A stretch of 64,000 nucleotides of DNA. It comes from Haplodiscus bocki (Eukaryota). The translations under genes and the position numbers were made by a program. The DNA lies in NCBI GenBank assembly GCA_965655095.1, contig OZ296649.1:72850001-72914000 (forward strand), written 5' to 3'. This document shows positions 47,866-58,021 of this stretch, piece by piece (the stretch's first letter is position 1; each line of letters begins with the position of its first letter). The notes below the pieces were generated by a model. The model did no database searches, was not told the DNA's origin, and was given only the letters and a program-made list of their open reading frames with translations.

Positions 47866-49284
47866 ATGACTGAATTGGAAGAAGTAAATAACCTCGAAGT
47901 CAACGAACTTGAAGAAAGAGACGCAGACGCGTCAAGGAGATCTCGAATAACAAACTCAAATGACCCTCATTCAACCCCGGGAGTTGATGCGCGACACGGA
48001 GCAAGTGGATCCGCATCGGCCGGACCTCGTTTTTCAACACTGTTGGGCAACGGCGCAGTCCCAACGGCCCAGACGGGACTTGGTGGTTTCTACTTGAACC
48101 CTCCCAGTACCCTTCCGTCATGCTTGATGCCTGACTCATTCACTGGATCCGGAGACTTTGAAGATTATCTCCAACAAATTAACACCGCAGCAATGCTCTC
48201 GGGATGGCACTCCTCCCGACACGACCATCGTCCCCAATATTTTGCACTTCGATTGAGGGACAACGCACTTCATTTTTACACCACATTGTCAACCGAACAA
48301 CAAAACGATTTTGACCTCCTTGTAGACGCTTTCAGACAAAATTACACAACAAATGTGGACATTTTGAAAGCACGATTAAAAGCTGCGAAACAGCAACCAA
48401 GTCAAGACATAGCAACTTTCCTTTGTGATATTCGAACTTTGGCGCGCCGAGCATACCGTGCCCATCCACATTTGATAGACCAAATCGTCCTTAACAGTTT
48501 CATTGAGGGATTGCAAAGTTCTACTCTCAGATGGGAACTGAGAAAAACGAAGCCGTCGACAGCCGATGAAGCCCTGACACTGGCCATTGAATTAGATTCG
48601 TTTCTTGCTTTGGAGCGCCAGAATAATGCTCCGACCAAATTCTCGTTCCCGAGCAGTGTTAATTCAATCGCAGCCAACACTTCGCAACCGGACCCTATGG
48701 ACGACTTCGTTAAAAGTCTCAGAAATGAAATTGATGAATTGAAATCATCAATCCACAGAAAACAAAACTCGCCTGAAAGAAGTCGGAATCAGTACCGCAC
48801 TAGTGACCCCAATTGGAACAGAAGCGGTTCCTTTGAACAGAAACATTATCGACAAAATTTCGAAAGAAGAAACGACGAACGGAGATCCGACAAATATGAC
48901 AACAGAAGTAAATCACGAGACAGAACAGCAAACAGGACAGTTCACCACAATGACCGAAGCACCTCGTATGACAGACAAAATGGTTTCAAAATCCGATCGG
49001 TTCGATTCGAAGAGGACTGCGGATTCACAGACAACAATCAACGACTTCATAGACACAATCCACCCCTGCGCTATAATACACAAAACATGACTGCCGGAAA
49101 TACCCAGCCAATTCCTTACAATCGCAACAAAACACCTCCCAGATACCAACCCCAAAACCAAGTATGTAGACGTTGTAAACGAAGAAACCATGCATCTCAT
49201 GAGTGTCAAGCCTGTTTTGATTGCCTTCGTGTTGGACATTTCCGAAAAGACTGTCCTATGCAACGATCCAACCCGGAAAACTAA
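47866..49284 (+). CDS. gag: Gag with two tandem CCHC zinc knuckles
   Basis: Intact 472-aa ORF; capsid-like region close to Gag A; CRRCKRRNHASHEC-QA-CFDCLRVGHFRKDC. Confidence 0.93.
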   Translation: MTELEEVNNLEVNELEERDADASRRSRITNSNDPHSTPGVDARHGASGSASAGPRFSTLLGNGAVPTAQTGLGGFYLNPPSTLPSCLMPDSFTGSGDFEDYLQQINTAAMLSGWHSSRHDHRPQYFALRLRDNALHFYTTLSTEQQNDFDLLVDAFRQNYTTNVDILKARLKAAKQQPSQDIATFLCDIRTLARRAYRAHPHLIDQIVLNSFIEGLQSSTLRWELRKTKPSTADEALTLAIELDSFLALERQNNAPTKFSFPSSVNSIAANTSQPDPMDDFVKSLRNEIDELKSSIHRKQNSPERSRNQYRTSDPNWNRSGSFEQKHYRQNFERRNDERRSDKYDNRSKSRDRTANRTVHHNDRSTSYDRQNGFKIRSVRFEEDCGFTDNNQRLHRHNPPLRYNTQNMTAGNTQPIPYNRNKTPPRYQPQNQVCRRCKRRNHASHECQACFDCLRVGHFRKDCPMQRSNPEN

Positions 49285-49336
49285 AACAGTCTACGCAAAA
49301 GGGTCTTGGCGCAGACTTTAACACTAAAAAGGGCCC
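49275..49336 (+). promoter_or_regulatory. gag-pol -1 frameshift signal (G GAA AAC plus pseudoknot)
   Basis: GGAAAAC then TAA; 7-nt spacer; GTCTACGC (49289) / GCGCAGAC (49309) stem; GGGTC loop pairs with GGGCCC (49331). Same structure as in element A. Confidence 0.8.
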
Positions 49337-51734
49337 ACAACGAACTTTTGGATTAAACTCGGTGGTCGACTCGCGCAGTGTTTTTGTACAACTGAAAATT
49401 TTAGACAAAACAGTGGAAGCAGTATGCGATTGTGGAGCAAGTGTATCTTGTGTGAGCTCTGAGATTTACAATGAACTGAAAAAAACTTATCAAATAACGT
49501 TGAAAAACTGCACCAGAAGCCTGAGAGCGGCAAATGGACTGCCGATTGATGTGAAAGGCATCATCAGAGTACCAGTATATGTGGGGAATAAATTATTCCA
49601 TCACGAATTTCGAGTCTTGGAAAAAGCACAAGCTGACTGTCTTTTAGGTCTGGATTTCTTAGAACGCCATAAATGCGACCCCTTGTTTTCACGAATGGAG
49701 TTAAAACTGGACTCAACCCATGCTGTCCCCCTCTATCACAAAAACTTTGAAAGTGACCACAATGCTATCTTTCGAGTCGTTGCGACCGAAACCATTAAAG
49801 TACCATCAGGCCACGCAACAATTCTTCCAGCACACATCCCAAATTGGAAGAGACCATTTTTCCATCTAAATGCTGTTTTTGAACCTTTGGAGAAATTCAC
49901 TATGAGTGAAGACATCTCAGCTCCCAACATACTTTTTGATTTTTCTGACGAGATGATCCCTGTCATAATGACTAACACAACGGACTCCGAGATCACGATT
50001 TTCAAAATTACAACTCTTGGGTCATCCGAACTTGTATCTGATGAGATTATCAATTTTGTTAGTCGCCCATTGCTAGCCTCCAGCGCACCTCCGGCTGCAG
50101 GATCGGTACAAAACCGGATAGAGTCCTCGAGAAACGACTTGCAAACAGTGATCACCTCAGTTGATCCAACCATTCACCGACAATACCATCAACAATTTGC
50201 TGCACTCTTCAAAGAATTCATGCACGTTTTTTCGTCCTCAGAATGGGACTTAGGTAAGTGCGACGCTACCAGTCACAAAATTGATGTACACCCGGGTTCG
50301 AAACCGATCAAAATTCCTAATCGCCGAATGCCATTGCACTATAAAGAATATTTGCAGTCCAAACGATGTCTTTTTGGAAAAAGACCTGATCGCTCCTTGT
50401 CACAGTCCTTACAGTTCTCCTGCTATGTTAGTGCCAAAGAAAAATGGAAAGTTGCGTCTTGTTATTGATTACCGCCAACTCAACAAGCAGACTGTTAAAT
50501 CCAGTTGGCCGATCCCGTCTATTGAGGAAATCTTCGACACACTGGGCAGAAGTTGTTATTTTTCTACAATTGATATGTCCGCTGGATTTTATCAGGTTCC
50601 CATGCACAGAGACAGCCAAGATTACACTGCATTTAGCACCCCCTTTGGGTCGTTCAAATGGCTGCGAATGCCGATGGGACTAACCGGGAGCCCGAACACT
50701 TTTCAAGGCCTAATGGAACATGTCCTTACTGGCCTTACTTGGAAAACTTGTGTGCCCTATCTCGACGATAGCATCATCTTCTCTACTACCCCAGAGGAAC
50801 ACCTCTCACGTTTACGCCAAGTGTTTCAACGTTTCCAACAGGCTAACTTGAAAATCAATCCTTCGAAATGTGCTTTCTTTCAAACGAAGGTACAATTCCT
50901 TGGGCACATTGTCAGTAAAGATGGACTTCAAGTGGACCCCGAGAAAATCAATGCAGTACTTAAGTTTCCTACGCCCACCAACCAGACACACGTGAAGTCC
51001 TTTTTGGGCTTAGCTTCTTACTATCGCCGCTATGTCAAGGATTTCGCCGAAATCGCTCGACCTTTACACAGAGCAAGTGAAACCTCTTCTGAGTTTCAAT
51101 GGAATGAAGCGGCACAAAATTCTTTTGACTCGTTAAAACATCGTTTGACGACCACTCCAATTTTAGCATACCCGTCACTTCAAAAGCCATTCGTGTTATA
51201 TACAGACGCCAGCCAGCTTGCAATGGGCGCTGTTTTGGCTCAGGAACACGATGGTCTGGAAAGAGCGATCTGTTACGCATCCAAGGCTCTCTCCAAGACC
51301 CAGAGCAAGTACTCAACAATACGCCGTGAGCTTTTGGCCATTGTGACATCCACCCGTCACTTCAGACATTACTTACTGGGACGCCAGTTTACCATTGTAA
51401 CGGATCACCGAGCACTCCAATGGTTGCACAATTTCAAAGATCCTGATAGCATAACTGCCCGTTGGTTGGAAAAGTTGGCGCCTTTTGATTACGATGTTCG
51501 ACATCGTCCAGGAAAGTCAATTGGACATGCTGATGGACTGTCACGAATTCCATCGTCCGTCAATGCAGTAGCAGAAACAAACAACCCTTCATTCCCGTTT
51601 GAAGAACATCTGGGACCCGATGGCTCACCCACCCACCTAACGCCAGCGACAGACGGTAGTTACTATTCTGACCAACATCACATTGATTCTCCCACGGCGA
51701 GTGCCGCGGCACAACAGCAAGATGCAGCAATCGG

Positions 51735-52150
51735 AATTTACCGTGAAACCATCGGAAACCTTTTCGATACCCAAGATTCTTTTGGCCACTGTGTGTCCGC
51801 TGACTTCAAGCTGTCGGCCGGTATTGCGAGAAAAATCCGCCGTAACTACCCTTGTACTTATCGAGCCGGTTGGAATCACAGTACGAATCCCCTTTGGCCA
51901 CAATGGTTGCCTGAATCCAAACGATACATCTACCATCTAGTCACAAAACAGAAGTTCTATCAGAAACCAACTTACGGAACTTTGCGTGCTTCCTTGGAAA
52001 GAATGCGATCGCATGCCGAGAACCATCGCGTTCGCAAAATTAGCTTGCCATGTATCGGATCTGGTCTCGACAAGCTCGAATGGGAGCAAGTACGCCAACT
52101 GATTCGGGAAGTTTTTCGTACTTCCCCTGTTCAAATCACAGTTTTTTTGA
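51735..52150 (+). other. TARG1/OARD1 (Poa1p-like) macrodomain within Pol B
   Basis: IGNLFDTQDSFGHCVSADFKLSAGIARKIR...RYIYHLVTKQKFYQKPTYGTLRASL...ISLPCIGSGLDKLEWEQVRQLIREVF; in frame with RT-RH and IN. Confidence 0.92.
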
Positions 52151-54123
52151 AAGCTTCAGTAGACCCTACGGAGAACGACTGTAACTCCAATTTCAATGAC
52201 AACGCATTGGCACAGGCACAGGAAGCTGATGAAAGCTTACACCAGGTTCGGAAAAGGATTCGAAGCAAACGTGTACACAAAAATGATGAACTGCAAGGAC
52301 TTCCTCGTTTGGGATGGCAAATGTTCAACCAATTATCTAGTCTTCACATCAAAAACAACGTGCTTTGTCGGAAGTTTGAACCACTCGACGGAAATTTGCC
52401 CTTCTTACAACGGATTGTCCTGCACTCCATGGTACCAGAAATTTTGACGGCTTTGCACAGTTCTAAAACCGCTGGTCATTTGGTCACGCACAAAGTCATT
52501 GAAAAAGTGCGTCAACGTTTCTACTGGCCTGAATTTAAGGAAGATGTCAAGCAATTCATACTATGTTGCGATGCCTGTCAAAAGAAGTCTGGACCCCCAA
52601 AGACTAACCGCCATTCCTTAGTTGACTGAAAGATCAGCTACTCCTTCCACCACATTGGTCTCGACTTTCTTGGCCCACTTCCCCTTTCTAATGGCAACCG
52701 CTTTATTCTTGTGATTGGCGACCATTTCACCAAATGGTACGAGGCGATACCTCTGCCGGACCAGCAAGCTTTCACTACTGCCGATGCGCTACTTGAACAC
52801 TGGATTTGCCGTTTTGGATGCCCTAATAGCATTCACACGGACCAAGGCCGTAATTTCGAATCAGCCTTGTTTTAACGCCTGATGACATTGCTCGAAATCA
52901 ATAAGACACGGACTACTTCTTTCCACCCACAGTCAAACTCAGTCATTGAGCGCATGAACCGTACATTACTGAATATGCTCACCAAAAGTATCGACAAACA
53001 ACAAGCTAACTGGTCTTATTTCCTTCCCTTCGTCCTCATGGCCTATCGGTCCTCCGTACACGAATCAACCGGTTTCACTCCGAACCGACTTGGACATGAG
53101 GTTTTGTTTCCTCTCGACTTGATGTATCCGCCTCCCGAAAGCAACGTCCCCACTAACATCAATGAATATGTGATGACACAACAACGGAAATTTCAACAAG
53201 CTTTCGAACTAGTTCGGCGAAATACTACGGCTCAACAACGCCGTCGCAACGCTCTTTACAACAGGAAAGTCCACGGCCCCACATACCGTGCGAACGAATT
53301 TGTCCTTCTCCACTACGATGTCACTGTTACTGGACAAAGTCCGAAACTATCCAGCCCCTGGCGCGGCCCCTACCGCATTTTGAAGTGTATCAACGACGTT
53401 AACTACAAAATTGAAGAACTCTCCACTGGCAAACAGCAAATTGTTCTTTATGATCGCCTCAAACGATACCATGGAACTCCCCCTCTCTCAACGCCAATAC
53501 CGACACGACAATCAGCTCCTGGACCTGCTCAGCAGACGACATCACACCCCTCCTCGACGACCGTCAATCACGATGACTGCGTTGTCTCGTTTATACCTCC
53601 TCCTAATCTCTTTGCTCCCTCACGTGGTTTAGCCACCCGCTTCCAATCCCCACAGACACCACCCCACCCAGAAATGTCACCGTTGATTCTCATGTCACAA
53701 AACCTCTTTCAGCGAGTATAAATGCCTCGACACTTCCCTACGATTTAACGTCTAGCTCCTTGCCATCTCAACCCTCCCTTCCTTGCCATAGTACTACCCC
53801 TTCCAATCAACCCAGGACCCTTCCGTTTGCCAACTCCACGCCTACGAGATCCCCTTCTTCCCGGTGGAGAATATTGTTCGCCGCGCTGCTCGCGAGCTAC
53901 ACAACCGCAGTCCCTCCAACAAACGTACCCTCCGACCTAGCACAGTGACTCAACGAAAGACACAGCCTCTTTTCCGCTCTCGCTTACCCCGCGATCTGAC
54001 GGATTTCCTTTCTCCTCGGAGGCTGACAAAAACAAAGCCTCCTGCTCTGTCTAACCAGCACTAGTACTCTGTCCCAGCCAATACATCAACGCCGAATGAT
54101 TGTATGGTCTTCTCTTTATTTAG

Positions 54124-56488
54124 GAGACACCCCAGCTATATGACGTCAACAACCCCTTTCCTTTTTCTTCCTATTATATTCTCCCTTCTCAACTTCTCTG
54201 CTGTGGTACAGTTCACAACACATTTGAGCGATTCATTGGACGACCCTGTTTTCAAGAAAGGTGCTGCTTTTGTCTTTCAATTTCAGGACGTGACACCGGA
54301 AAGTGAGAGTAAGCTTCGTGTGTTCTCACCGTTACCCAGGATCCCTGATATTAATTTGACCAACGAGCATACGATCCTCCAAAAACGAGGACACTCCGAT
54401 ACCCTTGCAGGAATGACCTCGGTTAAGATGTGCGACACCGCCGACATGGAACACTTATATGACAACTTATTTAATCGACTCGAAGAAAAATTGAGAATTT
54501 TGGAAAACGAAATTCAGGCTGCTCAGACGGATCAACACAATTTGGTGACGATGGCTTCTTCCTTCTTACCGCCGTCGATGCACCCGCATGAAGCGCCATC
54601 ACGAAGCAAACGAGCCATTGGACTCATTGCAGCGGCTGCGGGAGCCGCGGGACTGGCTCTAGGTGACCCAGTCAAAGAGGCTGCATGTTCAGCGCTCTCT
54701 ATTTTTAACCTTTGTACGGATACTACAGATTTGCAAAACGATATTGACGGAATTTTAGCGACTCGAAATCAGTTTCAAGATGTTCTGCAACGCGTTCAAA
54801 CGAAAAACGATGAAAAATTTGTCTTGCTTGATAACGAAATCAAAGACACACAGGACAGTGTAGTCAAGATAACAAAACTCGTGGGCACACAGTTAAAGGC
54901 CCTGGAAACCGAATTGATGGAAATCAAGGGCGTGATAGCCACTTTCCGGTTTGTCATCGACAAATTATACACAGTATGTCTTTCTTGCAACAAATTCGAG
55001 ATTATATTGCCCATTTGGGAACACTGTACGCACATATTAAATCTTATAAAGCCGCTTTTTACGCCTACCAGATTGCGCTCTACTCCACGATTTCGTCACT
55101 GGCCGCTGGGTATGTCAGCCCTCAATTCCTCCTCCCTTCCCAACTGGCCTCCATTGTCAATGAGCTTGCCCATGACGAGATTCTCCATGGCACCAAACTC
55201 TCGCCTGCCATCCATGTGGGCCAGGAAGCCATTTACTATGAACTCCAGATGGTTTTAAAAGTTTCCCTTCTCCCCAAAGGTATTTCAGTTGTCCTTGGCG
55301 TCCCGATGAACTCAAAGCGCAATGTCTATCGCGCCATTCCCTTGTACCAGCCTAACGATGATGGCGATACCGCTTCCTTGTATCACTTCCCAAAACCTCT
55401 TCTAGCCATTTCTACTGACAATTCCCGTTTTGCTGAGCTCGATGCCGCCAGCCTTCAGCAGTGCTCTGGTAATAACCGCATTAAACTCTGTCGTCAAGGT
55501 TTTTCGACCACTACAGACGAAACCTTGCTTTGTTTACCTTCTTTATACTATAACTACGATATACCCGCTCCTCGTAACTGTAAAGTAGAATCTGTCCTTC
55601 TGCCTGACGCTCCCCAAGCTTTTTACTTGGCTGATGGTTTATATCATATTATATCTCGTGACCCTCACATACAGATGAAGAATGACAGTGGCTCTGACTT
55701 TTCTATTTCTACCTTATCTTGTAAAGCTTGCTTGATCCGCCCTAGCTGCAGTAGTACCCTCTCTTTCAATCAAGGTGATTTGGAGCTTCGCCCTGACCTC
55801 GATCTTCTGCAAAACCAAACCCGAACCCTTCTTGGCCAAAATACAGCTTACTCCTTCTCTTGATCAGATCTTTCAGCATGTTCCCCGCACCACCAGTAAC
55901 TTTCACACGTATTCTGTGACGGAAGCGCGTCACTCCGTCCTTAGCAGCGTTCGTTTGGAATTAGCTGAACTCCCTAATGTTAATGCAATGTCCAGCGACT
56001 CCGTTGCTGAGCTGACTAGACCAATCGCTCAATATTATTCTTCCGTCTCTCCGGCAACTTCTGCCGCCTTATCCTCTTATCTCCCCACCCGTACAGCTAT
56101 CTGTTTTTCCGTCGTCTCCATCACCATTTCTCTCCTGACATTCAGTATCAGTTTTACACTCTTCCGTCGCCAATGGAAACGTCTCTTTGCACACCCTCAA
56201 CGGTTTTTCCGTGGTACTTCTGGAAAGTTCTTGCACATCGTGAATGCCCATCCGACTTCACCTGACGCAGACTCTTCTTTCTTGTACCTTTCGGTGCAAG
56301 AGTTTCAGGCCTTGCAGGCTCTTGCCCATGCCACACTCCGTGACCAGACCCCACCTTTAGTCTCCACCAACCCTCCGGCTGCCGCCTTACCCACTCACCC
56401 TCCTACTAACTACTCTCACCCTAACCCCCCACTCACTAGTGTGTATCCTACTGTTACCGTCCCTCTGTACTCAGAAACTTCTACATAA
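54124..56488 (+). pseudogene. env: Envelope glycoprotein, class I fusion (F-type); two frameshifts
   Basis: Acceptor TCTCTTTATTTAG|G at 54123; signal peptide; RSKR followed by AIGLIAAAAGAAGLALG; Cys-rich region; TM helix (AICFSVVSITISLLTFSISFTLF). Confidence 0.9.
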
Positions 56489-56616
56489 CTTGTCATCTCT
56501 CCCGCGTATGTTATATATCTATATCTCTCTCTGTATCTATGTATCTGCATCTCTATCTCCTATTCCTTCTCTATATGTTCTTATGTATTCTCCTCACATC
56601 CTGAGCGATGCCTTCT

Positions 56617-56792
56617 AACGCGTTTCCGCGTTTCCTTTTTCCTCCTCCCGCGCTTGCGTGTGCGCGCCTTGGCATGTTTCCGTGCCTCGGGCTGGCGGTG
56701 CGCTCCGCCCCCACGAGTTACACTGTTCGACACGTTTCCGTGTTTCCCTGCACTAGCCGACTTCTCCTCTTTTCGTCATACGTTTCCGTATG
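56617..56792 (+). promoter_or_regulatory. Four UUUC-tetraloop hairpins (putative cis-acting RNA element)
   Basis: AACGCG-TTTC-CGCGTT, GGCATG-TTTC-CGTGCC, GACACG-TTTC-CGTGTT and CATACG-TTTC-CGTATG, at ~50-58-nt spacing. Confidence 0.75.
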
Positions 56793-56887
56793 CAGCCCCC
56801 CTTTTTTTCTCCTCTCTCGTTGTTTTTTTCTTAGTCGCCTTGTCACTTCTTTCCCTAACTATAATGTATCAAATTTTGTTGTTTCAG

Positions 56888-57879
56888 GTCTCACTTCAAC
56901 TTCTTCAGCACCCACCCTGCCCGCCGCCACCCTGTGTTAACAAGTTCTGGACGCATCCACCCTGTCGCAGTCGGTGACCATGTGTATCTAGTAGAGGACA
57001 TACAATATCGTGTCACCAAGTTGTCCCCCGACAGTGATTCTGTTTGTCTCCAGAAAATAAATTCGCGAGACCGTCCCTTCAAGCGTTCAATCCGCCAAAT
57101 CTGGTTGCCACCACCCATTACCTCTGAATCTTCTGCCTCCGCTGACCTCCCCACTGCAAACTGTTTCTGCCCAGAACCCTCGCCTCCTCCCGTTCTCCCC
57201 GACGTCATGGATACGTCCTTCCAAACTGACATGGACAAAGAGTCAGCTCTCAATGATTGGGTCACCGTCACTACCGACTTTACTTCTGTCACCCAACTGG
57301 ACAAAGCTTTCCAAGATGCCCGACGTGAGGCTGAAGTCTTTTACGATATGTACACTGAAGCGGATTTGGCTGCTGCCTCCGCCCGCAAGCAAATTGAACA
57401 CCTTACAGCCGAATCTCAACAGCTCCGTTCTTCCCTGGATGACTTGAACCGTACCCACAATAGCCTCATGGCTGACTCCCTCCGACATATCAAACGATAT
57501 CAGTTCCCTCCGCACTCAACTAACCTCTTTGGACGGCTCCCACACAAAAGCGTTAGCTTCTATGATCCAACATCATCTCTTATCTCTTCCCACCGATTTT
57601 AACGACCCTGCCACCCCGGATGACACACTTTATCATTTTCTCTGCTGTAACCCTTCCGCCGATATGTCCACCATTGTTCGTCATGCCAACACACTTCTGC
57701 GTTGCCTACATCCTGATAAAACTTCGCCCACTACCGACCACGCCGTAGCTGCCTCTCGTCTTGTTCCCCTCCTTACTAACATCAAACGTGTTTTAACACA
57801 TCCGGGCCTCCGCAAAGTGTATGACCACTGTGGTCTTCTTGGCTTCCGCCGCCTCTTGGACTCTTTCCTTCGTTGCTAA
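56888..57879 (+). pseudogene. Accessory ORF B: beta-rich domain, Pro-rich linker, coiled coil, HPD J-domain
   Basis: Branch point CTAAC (56855) and acceptor TTGTTGTTTCAG|G (56887). ORFs 56934..57602 and 57529..57879: DTLYHFLCCNPSADMSTIVRHANTLLRCLHPDK...KRVLTHPGLRKVYDHCG. Confidence 0.85.
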
Positions 57880-58008
57880 CGTTGCACCCCTTGAGACGCC
57901 GATGACAATTTCACCAAGCAAGGCCGATGCGAATTCCCACAACTCTTCATGCTCTTCTCCACATCTTGATGAATTCTTAATTACAATTGCGCGGACGCAA
58001 TTTCTCGT

Positions 58009-58021
58009 GAAAGGGAGTAGT
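58009..58021 (+). promoter_or_regulatory. Polypurine tract of element B
   Basis: GAAAGGGAGTAGT immediately before the 3' LTR. Confidence 0.7.

Larger units (their letters stand above)
49275..54063 (+). pseudogene. pol: Pol polyprotein: PR-RT-RNase H-macrodomain-IN
   Basis: AVCDCGAS; YLDD; YTDAS...ADGLSR; macrodomain; HHCC; LDFLGP/HTDQG/ERMN; GPY. Frameshift at ~50360 and in-frame stops at ~52627 and ~52873. Confidence 0.95.

Noticed and set aside
56617-56792. Hairpins as histone 3' stem-loops
   Set aside because: The 6-bp stem and UUUC loop geometry match, but the stems lack the GGYYYU/ARRRCC consensus and the U-A closing pair, and no histone gene is nearby.
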